From Candidatus Parcubacteria bacterium (GTDB taxonomy: Bacteria > Patescibacteriota > Patescibacteriia > Patescibacteriales > UBA12075), in contig PKTK01000002.1 of assembly GCA_002869165.1 (NCBI GenBank), positions 1,235 through 65,234 of the forward strand: 64,000 nucleotides of DNA, read 5' to 3'. This document shows, piece by piece, positions 26,003 through 35,990 of this stretch. The notes beneath the pieces are model-generated. The model searched no databases. It was not told where the DNA came from and was given only the letters and a program-made list of their open reading frames with translations. The position numbers and the translations under genes were made by a program. Every line of letters starts with the position of its first letter. The first letter of the stretch is position 1.

Positions 26003-26710
26003 TTAAATTTTAATATCAAAATTATACAAAAATAATTCTTCTACTATTCTCTTGAAATTTTTATCTGATATATTTTTGCTAATATTAGTAATATTTTTAA
26101 AATCACTTTTTATAATGTTTTTTATGCCTTTTATATCATTTTCCGATATAGCAAATACTTGTTTATGGTTTTTTAAGCATTTTTCACATATTATTCCTCC
26201 AGCTTCTGCAGAAAAATAAAATCGTAATTCTTCTTTGGCGCAATCAAGGCATTTATTTAAATATGGCTCATAACCTAAAAATGTTGCCAGCTTCAAAGCA
26301 AATTTATAAAATTCCAATTCAACATCATCAATTTTATTTACAAATTCCAAAAATTCTTTTAACAAGTTATAAAGATTTTTATCTATTTCATGTTCTCTAA
26401 TAATTTTTTTAAACAACCTAACTGCTCGACCACTTTCTCCTAGCTTATCTAAGTCTTCTTTAATATTTACAAATGAATCCAAAGAAACAGCTGAAGTAAG
26501 GTACTGATAATTCTTACCCTTTACCACCATCATCTTGAGCATATTCAAAGGTTCTATATGACCAGCTAGCTTTGACTTGGGTTTTTTAGCGCCTCTAGCT
26601 ACCAAGCTCAATCGACCCTTTTCCTCGCTAAATACCAAAACCTTAACATCAAATTCTCTAAAAGTTTCTCTATCTAGAATTATTGCTTTTGTGAAATATG
26701 TTTCTTCCAT
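26003..26710 (-). CDS. recO: DNA repair protein RecO
   Basis: OB-fold N-terminus (AIILDRETFREFDVKVLVFSEEKGRLSLVARGAKKPKSK) and a C-terminal CxxC...CxxC zinc motif. Confidence 0.85.
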   Translation of the reverse strand: MEETYFTKAIILDRETFREFDVKVLVFSEEKGRLSLVARGAKKPKSKLAGHIEPLNMLKMMVVKGKNYQYLTSAVSLDSFVNIKEDLDKLGESGRAVRLFKKIIREHEIDKNLYNLLKEFLEFVNKIDDVELEFYKFALKLATFLGYEPYLNKCLDCAKEELRFYFSAEAGGIICEKCLKNHKQVFAISENDIKGIKNIIKSDFKNITNISKNISDKNFKRIVEELFLYNFDIKI

Positions 26711-26713
26711 AAT

Positions 26714-27127
26714 TTAAAACAATGGTTCATCAGTTTCTGCTCCATCAAAAAAATCTTGCAAAATAAGCATGGCAGCTATTTCATCCCGATTAGCTTTGGT
26801 TTTTTTATCCCCTGGCAATGAATCAGCGTGTTTGCTTGATAATCTTTCATCTATTTTCTTAATAGGCACATCAACTCTTTCTTCAAGTTCTCGAACAAAA
26901 GCAATATAATCTTTATCTAAATCACTATAAACATCAGCCATTTTCAAAGGTTTTCCTATGACCACAACATCAATCTCCTCATATTCAATCTCTGACAATA
27001 CGTCATTTATATCTCCAACTGTTTTATAAGGTGAAGCTATCTTGGTTGAAGAATCCCCAATTGCTAGACCAATTCGCTTTCCTCCCCAATCAATCCCTAA
27101 ATAAGTTTTAATACTACTGTCTTCCAT
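26714..27127 (-). CDS. ruvX: Holliday-junction resolvase-like nuclease YqgF/RuvX
   Basis: YLGIDWGGKRIGLAIGD start motif; about 137 aa. Confidence 0.85.
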   Translation of the reverse strand: MEDSSIKTYLGIDWGGKRIGLAIGDSSTKIASPYKTVGDINDVLSEIEYEEIDVVVIGKPLKMADVYSDLDKDYIAFVRELEERVDVPIKKIDERLSSKHADSLPGDKKTKANRDEIAAMLILQDFFDGAETDEPLF

Positions 27128-27130
27128 GTT

Positions 27131-27961
27131 TTATTTTGTTAATATTATATTCCCCTCTCGTGTGACAGCTACGCTATGTTCAAAATGTGCGCTAACAGAA
27201 CCATCAACTGTTTTGAAAGCAAAAGTTTTTTTATCTTCTTTTACTTTGAAGTTACCAGTAGTGGTCATAGGCTCAATAGCCAAGACCATACCTGGCTCTA
27301 AAGTAACATTTTCAATTTCAGCGCCAAAAATATAATTAGGCACATGAGGCTCCTCATGAAGTGAATGCCCTACTCCATGTCCAACTAAATCTCTAACCAC
27401 TGAAAATCCATTAGCCTCTACATGAGTCTGTACGGCTTTTGCTATATCACGCAAAGTATTACCTGGTTTAACTTGATCGATTGCCAAATCCAAAGATTCT
27501 TTAGTTACCTTAAGAAGTTTTCTAAGCTCTGTACTTATCTTGCCTACTGGAACAGTTCTAGACATATCAGTATAATACCCTCCTAGCTTAGAATAAGGAT
27601 TTTTAGGCCAATATTCTGGAATATCAGTCTTGCCATCATGCAACGGATATTCTATAACAAAATCAATACTAACAATATCTCCTGAATTAAGCTCCCTAGA
27701 AGGTAAAGCTGGGGCATGAACTACTTCATCATTAACAGCTGTAATTATAGCGGTCGGAAAAACTAAGCCCCCGCCCATAGGAAAATTCTTTTGCGCTGGT
27801 CTAGCACCTGCTTCCTTTATAAGCTTGCAAGCCAATGTTTCTAAATCACCAGTGAATACTCCAGGTTTTACTGCCTCACAAAGATTATCCATGATAGAAC
27901 GTAAAACCTTGCCACTTTCTCGCAACACCTCTATTTCTTGTTTTGTTTTTTTTATTATCAT
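27131..27961 (-). CDS. map: type I methionine aminopeptidase
   Basis: Metal ligand blocks DIVSIDF, GHGVGHSLHEEP, LAIEPM and EHSVAVT. Confidence 0.9.
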   Translation of the reverse strand: MIIKKTKQEIEVLRESGKVLRSIMDNLCEAVKPGVFTGDLETLACKLIKEAGARPAQKNFPMGGGLVFPTAIITAVNDEVVHAPALPSRELNSGDIVSIDFVIEYPLHDGKTDIPEYWPKNPYSKLGGYYTDMSRTVPVGKISTELRKLLKVTKESLDLAIDQVKPGNTLRDIAKAVQTHVEANGFSVVRDLVGHGVGHSLHEEPHVPNYIFGAEIENVTLEPGMVLAIEPMTTTGNFKVKEDKKTFAFKTVDGSVSAHFEHSVAVTREGNIILTK

Positions 27962-28094
27962 AGTTACTTTAATTTCTAAAATATAAATTTTAAATCCTAA
28001 ATAAATCCAAAATTCCTAATTTTTTAAATATTTGAGAATTTTAATTTGATATTTGTTTAGGATTTATTATTTAGTATTTAGGTTTTCATTGGTA

Positions 28095-29075
28095 TTATCC
28101 TCTCATCACAATAAATACCATATACAAAAAATAACAAATTAGCAAGTTCACTCCTTCAAATTTATCTAAAATGTTCTTTTTGCCAATAAAAATAAACAAG
28201 GTCAAAATCATGGTAGTAACAAACAACATTATAAAATCAACATTCAATCTGGTAGCAAAGTTAATGGGACTAACTACAGAACTAAGACCTAAAACCCACA
28301 AAAGATTAAATATATTAGATCCAACCACATTACCAACTGCTATATCAGTATTACCTTTCTTAGCTGCTACAATAGAAGCGGCTAGCTCAGGCAAAGAGGT
28401 GCCAAGCGCTACGATTGTTAAACCAATCAATGCTTCACTTAATCCGAGTTCTGATGAAATTGAAATCGCACTATTAACAATCCACCTCCCACCAACAGTT
28501 AAACCAATCAAACCTAAAGTTATCAATACAACAGAGTGAAAAGTTTTTAAAACAGGGATTTCTTCTTTAATATTACCGACCGTCTTCTGAAATATGTTTT
28601 CTTTTTCTCTGCTGATACCAAAGGTATAAAAAATAAAGATACTAAAAAATAATATCAATATAAGACCATCTATTCTAGTTAGACCGTTTGGTTCAACCCC
28701 GTCAATCAAAAAATCATTTACTAAAATTGCTACAGCCAAAATAGATAAAAGCAGAAAAGGAATTTCCTTGGTAATTGTAGTTTTTTTTACAAGCAAAGGC
28801 GCAAACATGGCAGAAGCTCCTAAAATAAGCAAAGAATTAGAAATGTTTGATCCAATAATATTGCCCAAGGCGATTCCGGCACTGTGTTGCATGCTAGCCA
28901 AAATTGAAACAACTAATTCAGGAGTAGAAGTACCAAAAGCAACTACCGTCAAACCAATAAAAAATGATGATAAACCAAACTTTTTTGCAATCGAAGAAGA
29001 GCCTTCTACTAAAATATCGGCTCCTTTGATTAAAAATATAAATCCAATTATTAAAAGTAAGACATCTACTAACAT
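28095..29075 (-). CDS. Ca2+/Na+ antiporter (CaCA/YrbG family)
   Basis: Duplicated alpha-repeats GLTVVAFGTSTPEL and GLTIVALGTSLPEL; about 10 TM segments. Confidence 0.85.
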   Translation of the reverse strand: MLVDVLLLIIGFIFLIKGADILVEGSSSIAKKFGLSSFFIGLTVVAFGTSTPELVVSILASMQHSAGIALGNIIGSNISNSLLILGASAMFAPLLVKKTTITKEIPFLLLSILAVAILVNDFLIDGVEPNGLTRIDGLILILFFSIFIFYTFGISREKENIFQKTVGNIKEEIPVLKTFHSVVLITLGLIGLTVGGRWIVNSAISISSELGLSEALIGLTIVALGTSLPELAASIVAAKKGNTDIAVGNVVGSNIFNLLWVLGLSSVVSPINFATRLNVDFIMLFVTTMILTLFIFIGKKNILDKFEGVNLLICYFLYMVFIVMRG

Positions 29076-29078
29076 ATA

Positions 29079-29690
29079 CTATAATCCTCCTATACGAGGG
29101 TGGTTACTTGAATTAACTCTATTATCATTAAAAGCTCCTGGTCCTGCTTTGCTTATACTCTGTTCTCCACCTATGGTTAAGCCTCTAGAATTTGGTTTAG
29201 AATCATTTTTTTTGGAAGCTAAATCACCATGAGCACCTGCCTTAAAGCCTTGATTAGCTGATTTTATGTCCAAGCTACCAGAATCTTTCCCACCCAAAAC
29301 CCCTGTCTGTTTATACAACTTATCTTTAGGACTTTGAAATTGTTGCTTCGCCACTCTTTTAAAGCCTGATAAAAAAGAATTTTTTTTCTTTGGTTTTGCT
29401 TTAGTCGTCTCAGCACTTTCATTTGAACTCTCGCCACCATAAAGCTTTTTCATAACAGGCATAAACTTTTTTATGTCATTATATTTTACCTTTTTTTTCG
29501 TAAGGTAAAGCTTAAATTTTTTATCATTTTTTTCTTTATTATTTATTGCCGAAAATCTGGAAATATCTTCCCCCCAATCCACAGATTCACCATTTGCCTT
29601 TATATTTTCAATCTTTTTCAATTTTCTCTTGCTAAGAAATTTTTTGTTCTTATGATATCCTTTTGGTATTATGAAATCATTGTTTGTCAT
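29079..29690 (-). CDS. hypothetical Lys-rich protein
   Basis: ORF packed 3 nt from the downstream gene. Low-complexity and basic. Confidence 0.45.
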   Translation of the reverse strand: MTNNDFIIPKGYHKNKKFLSKRKLKKIENIKANGESVDWGEDISRFSAINNKEKNDKKFKLYLTKKKVKYNDIKKFMPVMKKLYGGESSNESAETTKAKPKKKNSFLSGFKRVAKQQFQSPKDKLYKQTGVLGGKDSGSLDIKSANQGFKAGAHGDLASKKNDSKPNSRGLTIGGEQSISKAGPGAFNDNRVNSSNHPRIGGL

Positions 29691-29794
29691 ATATTTAAAT
29701 TAGCTCTTCTTCATCTTTTTTCATTGTATCGTTTAAACATAAGTATGAGATAGCGCTGATCTTCTTTGGTTGATTCTTTTTTATTAAATAATTT

Positions 29795-30115
29795 TTATTG
29801 CTGTTCTTCTTCAGATAATGCCTCTAATAATTTCTCCTTGTCTTCACTTTTTGTTTCTTTATCACTTACCATATCTTCAAAGATTTTCATAATAGCTTTT
29901 CGTTTCTCCCATTGATTACCTTTAACATCAGCTTGCTCAAGAATTTTTTCCAGTTGAGAAATAGTTTTTCCCCCATGAACTGCTTTCAAAATATATTCCT
30001 TGGTTTCTTTTTGGTTCAGGTCTTTGGTTTCGCCATTTTTATCCTTGATTCTAATAGGCTTGAACTCGCTTTTTGAAATTTCCTCCACTGTTTTTGCAAA
30101 AATTTTAAAACTCAT
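29795..30115 (-). CDS. hypothetical protein
   Basis: Starts 1 nt after the permease stop. Charged, helical composition. Confidence 0.5.
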   Translation of the reverse strand: MSFKIFAKTVEEISKSEFKPIRIKDKNGETKDLNQKETKEYILKAVHGGKTISQLEKILEQADVKGNQWEKRKAIMKIFEDMVSDKETKSEDKEKLLEALSEEEQQ

Positions 30116-30116
30116 A

Positions 30117-31322
30117 TTATTTATATCTTAATGCTTCCAAACAATTGATACGAGCAGCTCTTCTAGCTGGATAAAACCCAGTCATGAAACCAACAATTGT
30201 TGAAAAACTCATTATTAATAAAATAAACCAAATCGGTGTATAAAACATATCAATCTTATCACCACCCAAAGCTCCTGCTAGCATGTTTACACCATAATTA
30301 AAGACTTCACCGCCAAGCATACCAATAATAATCCCACCCATACCACCAAGAAAACCGATAATAACTGATTCAGCTAAAAACATATTCCAGATATCAATAC
30401 TAGTAGCTCCCAAAGCTTTCATAATACCAATTTCCTGGGTACGTTCAAGTAGAGCAATAGTCATAGTATTAAACATACCAATAGCTGATACGATTAAGGC
30501 CACAATTCCAAACGAAGCCAATACTATTTGAATAACTTTAAATATTTGATTAGCTTGCTCAATAATATCTGACAAAGCTGATACAGTAAAACCTTTTTCC
30601 ATAATATCATTTCTTACTAAATCTAAATTGTCTTCAATGTCTACTTTTACTTTTAGCTGCGAAAAATTATCCACTTCCATTTCATCAATTACTGATAAGG
30701 GCATATAAACATAATTTGAATTATCCTCTTCGACTATACCCACAACTTCAAAAGAATAATCCAAAGTCATAGAATTACGAACAATTTCTTCGTTTTCATC
30801 ATTACTTGGTAAAAAAAGCACAAAATTAATTTGCTTCTCAAACACATCTTCATAACTTAAATTGAAAAGTTGCAAAGCCGAGGAAGAAATAATAATTTTA
30901 TTTTTATCACCAGCTTCATCGGTATAAAACTCTCCTTCTTCCAAGACCGTACCATCTAATGAAAAATATTCATTATTAGTAAAGTTAGCCACCAATTCAG
31001 AAGATATATCATCAATGTTCATCTGTGCTTGCATAGTGTAAAGAGGACTAACCTTTTCCACTCCCTGCATGTTATTAATTTCATTGATAGAATCTCTATC
31101 AAGTTTAAGCCCCTCAAGATCGCCAGTTGTAACATCCAAGCTAAGCAAAGCTTCTGAGGTGGTTATACTATTTAATATAAAAACCTGTAAACCATAGCCA
31201 AGCGATACCAAAAACAAAATTGCACCGATTCCCACAGATATACCCAAAATAGTCAAGATAGTTCTTGAACGATTGGTTCTAAACATTCTAGTTGCTAATC
31301 TAAAAACGTCTACGACTAACAT
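30117..31322 (-). CDS. ABC transporter permease, FtsX/MacB type
   Basis: N-terminal TM helix, large periplasmic domain, and a C-terminal FtsX-type 3-TM bundle (IGIMKALGA). Confidence 0.85.
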   Translation of the reverse strand: MLVVDVFRLATRMFRTNRSRTILTILGISVGIGAILFLVSLGYGLQVFILNSITTSEALLSLDVTTGDLEGLKLDRDSINEINNMQGVEKVSPLYTMQAQMNIDDISSELVANFTNNEYFSLDGTVLEEGEFYTDEAGDKNKIIISSSALQLFNLSYEDVFEKQINFVLFLPSNDENEEIVRNSMTLDYSFEVVGIVEEDNSNYVYMPLSVIDEMEVDNFSQLKVKVDIEDNLDLVRNDIMEKGFTVSALSDIIEQANQIFKVIQIVLASFGIVALIVSAIGMFNTMTIALLERTQEIGIMKALGATSIDIWNMFLAESVIIGFLGGMGGIIIGMLGGEVFNYGVNMLAGALGGDKIDMFYTPIWFILLIMSFSTIVGFMTGFYPARRAARINCLEALRYK

Positions 31323-31415
31323 TTTGCTAATATTAAATTAATTATTATGATTTTCGGCTGTATCTTTCTGAGTATTTTCTTCAGTTTGCGACTTAGTGAT
31401 ATTTTCAGGATTTGA

Positions 31416-33134
31416 TTATTCTTTCTTTGTTAAAGCATCACCAAAAATCTCTTTTTTTTGCTCTTCATGTTTTTTCAAATCTTCGTCAACTTTTCTTACC
31501 TCTGTGCCAAGTTGTTCTTGCATTTGATTGAGTATTTCTCCTGGACTTGGTGCATTTCTACTTTCTTCTTCTGCCTTCTTTCTGGCTTCTTCTTCTCTTT
31601 GTTTTTCTTGCTCTTGTTTAACTTTTTTTTGCATGGCTTGATTTACACTCACTACTCCAAAACCAAGTATCAAAATAAGTTCTAATTCTTCAGTAAAGGC
31701 TTTGGCGGTTTTTGAATTAAGTCCTACTCCGCTTTGATTAAAAGATGTATCCAGATAGTCATTAAAGGCCCGCTTGTCCATAGTATTCATAAGTCTTTGT
31801 TTTATTGCATGAAATATTCTTTCGTGTTGTTTTTCGTTGAGCTTTTTATAATGCTCATCGTAACAAACTCGATACAAATATGATTGTACTTTATCAGCCT
31901 TTTCATCAAAAGTCACTTTTGGATGCTTGCCATTCTCGTCCTTTCTCTGTCTAGCTTTTTGATATACAAAATAGGCCATTTTTACTACGTCATTTATTCG
32001 ATCTACAACATTCTGGGCAGTTCTCCTATCCATACCCACTCCCCCAAATTTTGCTGGTCTATCTAATACTTCATAGAATTCTCTCTCAGAAATAGAGCCT
32101 AGCAACCTGCGTTGCAAAATATCTTCAAATATTTTAACCTCATCCATGCTCAGATTAGAGGAAAAATGATTTACAAAAACCTTAGCCTTGTATGGCATGA
32201 TCAAAATATTGATCTGCTCTGGACTCATACCCTGATATGCTCTCATTAATTCGTTTATTTGATTAGCAGCTGACTTTGGTTTTAGTATCTTTTTTTTATG
32301 ATGTTTATCATGATTAACAACTTCTCTGGTTATTATTCCATCCTTCATATAGAGAATACGATCAGCCACGTCCAAATATTCAGGATTATGTGTCACTAAA
32401 ATAACTGTCTTTTTCTCTTTCTCATTCAATTCACCCAATATCTTGAGTACCATTTTTGCAGAAACTGAATCCAAATTACCGACAGGTTCATCAGCCAAAA
32501 CTATCTGCGGATTATTTACTATTGCCCTAGCAATACCGATGCGTTGCTGTTGACCACCGGATAGCTCGGTTGGTATCTTGTAAGCATGTTCCAAAATCCC
32601 AAAACGCTCAAGTAAATTCTTGGCCCATCTATTTCTACGACCTCGAGAAACATTAACAAACATTTGCGGTAAGGCCACATTATCAAGCACAGATAAGGAA
32701 GTAATTAAATTATAGGCCTGATAAATCATGCCGATTTCATTTCGGTGATAAATAGCAAAGTCCTTACCACTCAATCTGGTTAGATCATGTCCCAAAACAG
32801 AAATGGTTCCTGAGTCTGGTGTTTCCAAACCAGCGATCACATTTAGGAGAGTAGATTTACCACAACCAGAAGGTCCAAAAACGATAATAAATTCATCTGG
32901 ATATATATCCAGACTAATATCTATCAAAGCGTGAAACTCATTATCCTTTCCTCGATTGTAAATAAAGTCAAGATTTTGTGCTCTAATTATTGGTTCATCA
33001 CCTGTATTCTTCGAATTAGTCCCAGCTTTTTCGATTGCTTCAGGATTATGCGGTGCGCTAATATCAATAGGCTCAGCCACTTGAGTAGCTGTTTCCGAGC
33101 TTCCACTGTTTTGTTCCAAATTTTCTTCTGGCAT
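31416..33134 (-). CDS. ABC transporter ATP-binding protein with a ~300-aa C-terminal extension
   Basis: Walker A GPSGCGKST, signature LSGGQQQR, Walker B LADEPVGNLD, then a long helical charged tail. Confidence 0.88.
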   Translation of the reverse strand: MPEENLEQNSGSSETATQVAEPIDISAPHNPEAIEKAGTNSKNTGDEPIIRAQNLDFIYNRGKDNEFHALIDISLDIYPDEFIIVFGPSGCGKSTLLNVIAGLETPDSGTISVLGHDLTRLSGKDFAIYHRNEIGMIYQAYNLITSLSVLDNVALPQMFVNVSRGRRNRWAKNLLERFGILEHAYKIPTELSGGQQQRIGIARAIVNNPQIVLADEPVGNLDSVSAKMVLKILGELNEKEKKTVILVTHNPEYLDVADRILYMKDGIITREVVNHDKHHKKKILKPKSAANQINELMRAYQGMSPEQINILIMPYKAKVFVNHFSSNLSMDEVKIFEDILQRRLLGSISEREFYEVLDRPAKFGGVGMDRRTAQNVVDRINDVVKMAYFVYQKARQRKDENGKHPKVTFDEKADKVQSYLYRVCYDEHYKKLNEKQHERIFHAIKQRLMNTMDKRAFNDYLDTSFNQSGVGLNSKTAKAFTEELELILILGFGVVSVNQAMQKKVKQEQEKQREEEARKKAEEESRNAPSPGEILNQMQEQLGTEVRKVDEDLKKHEEQKKEIFGDALTKKE

Positions 33135-33259
33135 TAATTTACCTAAAAATAGTAAAAAATAACAAAATAAATTTTTGTTAATACTCTAATATTATAACAT
33201 ATTTATACAAAAAAATAAAAAAACAAATATTTTTACGTATATGTTTAAACATAATCATA

Positions 33260-33289
33260 TGTACATTAAAATATACATTTTAATGTACA
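33260..33289. repeat. 30-bp near-palindrome TGTACA-TTAAAA-TATACA-TTTTAA-TGTACA
   Basis: Second copy of the TGTACA triple-box seen at 2811-2840. It lies 126 bp upstream of the ABC ATPase start. Confidence 0.8.
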
Positions 33290-33419
33290 CACTAGACCAG
33301 TCAAATAGTTTTAAATTATAACAAAACAGCAATTACACATACTTGCTGTTTTTGACAAAATTATTATTTATTATATTTTTGCATTACAAAAGTTTTACTC
33401 TTTCTTATTTACTAGAGAC

Positions 33420-33535
33420 AAAAAGACGCGTCAAAATATCAAAATGCAATTCCCCGTATAACCCTGCCTCTATGTGAGCAACAAAGTAAGTAGCCTGCCC
33501 GAGGCTAAACTCCACCGACGTAAGCACTCCAGTTT
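33420..33535. ncRNA. GC-rich island, possible structured RNA of unknown class
   Basis: Sits in a 565-bp ORF-free spacer. Contains the gacgcgtc palindrome, the tagcct-gcccg-aggcta hairpin and the 11-mer TAAACTCCACC identical to a conserved RNase P RNA segment. No P4 GAGGAAAGTCC was found. Confidence 0.25.
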
Positions 33536-33699
33536 TTTTGACCAGAGAAATTTATCTATTCATCAGAGGAACTAATTGTAAATTAAAAAGAAAAAATTAA
33601 AATATCATTTTAACCAGCCTATATAACTTACGTTATAGTTATGGGAAATTATTAATATACTTTTTTAAAATATTTTGTAAAGTAATAGTAACGTATTTT

Positions 33700-34248
33700 T
33701 TATATAAGTCCTCGAATAATAGTTGAAAACCACTCACTGACTTTAATAAATGTATGATAAAAAAAGAAACCAATAATCAGATGCGAAAAAGCCCACAAAA
33801 TACCACTAAAAATATTCCAAAAAAGAAATTTTTTTTCATCCATCTTGAATATTCCAGCTACAAAAGGAATAATAGGTCTAAGTAATCCGATAAAGCGCCC
33901 CCAAAAAACACTTTTGGTACCGTGTTTATAAAAAAAGTCCTTACCATATGCTAGTTTACTTTCATTAACTAAAAAAAATCTACTATTCTTGTTCGTAAAG
34001 GCACCTATACGACCCAGATAATAGCTAGTATAGTCTCCAGCAATTGCGCCAAGAGTTGCAAAGAAAAACAAATCACCAAAATCAAAAAAGCCTTTGGCTG
34101 ACAAATATCCAGAAAGTATCAAACTAATACTTCCTGGAACAAACAATCCAATTACTACAAAAGACTCTCCGTAACTCAAGAGAAAAATAAGCCAATAAAA
34201 CAGTAAATGAAGTTGAATATAAAAATCAACTAATGCTTGTGACGCCAT
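33700..34248 (-). CDS. DedA-family (VTT domain) membrane protein
   Basis: GESFVVIGLFVPGS and GRFIGLLRPIIPFVAG motifs. Overlaps the upstream gene by 19 nt. Confidence 0.75.
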   Translation of the reverse strand: MASQALVDFYIQLHLLFYWLIFLLSYGESFVVIGLFVPGSISLILSGYLSAKGFFDFGDLFFFATLGAIAGDYTSYYLGRIGAFTNKNSRFFLVNESKLAYGKDFFYKHGTKSVFWGRFIGLLRPIIPFVAGIFKMDEKKFLFWNIFSGILWAFSHLIIGFFFYHTFIKVSEWFSTIIRGLI

Positions 34249-35672
34249 AAATATTTACGATTATTAATTCGCAAACTATGATTAAAAAAATATTTTAACT
34301 CATAATAAGCAATTAAAATATAAGCAGTAAAAACATCAAAATACATCCACCATCTCAAAAAATCTCCTCTAATGGCTCCGTATTTTTCTTCCTTAATGGT
34401 TTGATAATAAGCAAATCTTTTTGACCCAAAACCGTTACCATGCCTACTAGCATAATAATTCATGGCAACCTCTATCCTATATCTATATTTAAATACTGTT
34501 GGTATTGCCTCCCACAACTCCCTGTTTACAGCCCTTTCTCCAGAGTTTAGCGCAAATATTTTAAACATTTTCTGAAACACATTATTGCGAAGACCTATAT
34601 ACATGTCATATTTCTTATTAAGCACTGGTTCGACAATTGAGGTGACTATTTCAGTATTAAGCTTTTTCAAATCAGCATCACAAAAAAATATTATATTTGC
34701 ATCAGTTTCCTCAACTCCTCTTTGCATAGATATGGCTTTGCCACTATTAACCTGATTCCTAATATAATTTATTTCAGAAAATGACTTGGCAATCTCACCA
34801 GTTCTGTCTGATGAACTGTCATCTACCACGATAATTTCATCTAGAATCTCAGTTTTTGATAAAACTGACAAAACATCAGCTATGTGCTTTTCTTCATTGT
34901 AAGCTGGAACAACTGCGGCTACCTTTTGGATGTTATTATTCATGCTTGACTCTTCAAAAAACTTAGCAACTGCAGAAAATAGCATTCTCTCATTGTCAAT
35001 GTTAAAAATATTATGGTAATTTTCAGTATAAAGCAGTATCTTGTGTTTGCTTTTTATTTTTTTCTCAAGTAGTCTTACAGACTTATGACTACCAACCTTG
35101 TCATGAATGGAATGAAGAGAAAAAATCGGAGCAGTAATATCTGGTAAAGATCTTTTTAATCTTTTCTTTCCTTCATTAACCAATCTAAGGCCGTTAACAT
35201 GCATTTGGTCATAATCAAGACTATCTTTTATTTTTTCATAATATTCAGGCTCGAATACCTTTGGCCAATATTTTTTATATTTAACTACATGAATCAAACC
35301 AGGAATATTCATGGGAAATTTTAACTTGGTTGGTAAATTGACGCTCAAAACACCATCAACCTGACACTCGCTAGCCAGTAGCAAAGACAATATTGCACCC
35401 CAAGACAAACCACCAATCACAATTCTCTGGTATTTTTTTCTATCCTCTTTTAATATATTTTTAAATTGTCGAACAAAATCATCAAAACTAATATTATCTA
35501 ACTTCTCTATTCCTCCGCCATGCCCAACTAACAAGGGAATTTTTACATCAACTTTATAGTTTTCATGAAGATATTTGGGAAAACCATTAAAATCAGATGG
35601 TGAACCAGTGTAACCGTGAATCAATAAATAAAGAGTTTTATAATTTTTAGTAAAATAAATCGCTTTTTTCAT
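34230..35672 (-). CDS. fusion protein: alpha/beta hydrolase (N-terminal) and GT2 glycosyltransferase (C-terminal)
   Basis: HGYTGSP and nucleophile elbow GGLSWGA, then VVPAYNEE, VVDDSSSD and FCDADL (GT-A DxD). Confidence 0.75.
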   Translation of the reverse strand: MKKAIYFTKNYKTLYLLIHGYTGSPSDFNGFPKYLHENYKVDVKIPLLVGHGGGIEKLDNISFDDFVRQFKNILKEDRKKYQRIVIGGLSWGAILSLLLASECQVDGVLSVNLPTKLKFPMNIPGLIHVVKYKKYWPKVFEPEYYEKIKDSLDYDQMHVNGLRLVNEGKKRLKRSLPDITAPIFSLHSIHDKVGSHKSVRLLEKKIKSKHKILLYTENYHNIFNIDNERMLFSAVAKFFEESSMNNNIQKVAAVVPAYNEEKHIADVLSVLSKTEILDEIIVVDDSSSDRTGEIAKSFSEINYIRNQVNSGKAISMQRGVEETDANIIFFCDADLKKLNTEIVTSIVEPVLNKKYDMYIGLRNNVFQKMFKIFALNSGERAVNRELWEAIPTVFKYRYRIEVAMNYYASRHGNGFGSKRFAYYQTIKEEKYGAIRGDFLRWWMYFDVFTAYILIAYYELKYFFNHSLRINNRKYLWRHKH

Positions 35673-35933
35673 AATATTAGTTTATAAAATTATAATATAT
35701 TTATAATACTATGCTAAAATTAAATTTTAATTAACACTAAATAAAAATCTTTTATAAACTTAATGCATTTTTTATATTTATTTTTTATAAATTAAAATAA
35801 TAAAAAGGCTTTTTATTTTTTAAAAAACCTTTTATTTGTTTTATTATTTTCCTAGTTATTTTGTTGCATTTTCTATAATTGTAATAATAAATCAAGTGTA
35901 ATGTATACATTAACGAATAAATGAATTAAAACA

Positions 35934-35964
35934 AGAAAAAAAATAAAGGTTCATATGAACCTTT
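35934..35964 (-). terminator. terminator after secY (end of the ribosomal super-operon)
   Basis: aaaggttcatatgaaccttt palindrome followed by a T-run on the minus strand. Confidence 0.65.
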
Positions 35965-35990
35965 ATTTATATTTGAAATTTTTTTCATTA

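Noticed and set aside
33420-33535. Calling this island the RNase P RNA gene
   Set aside because: Only one conserved segment (TAAACTCCACC) matches. The universal P4 sequence GAGGAAAGTCC and the ACAGAA..CGGCTTA strand are absent from the whole spacer. It is kept only as a low-confidence unknown RNA.
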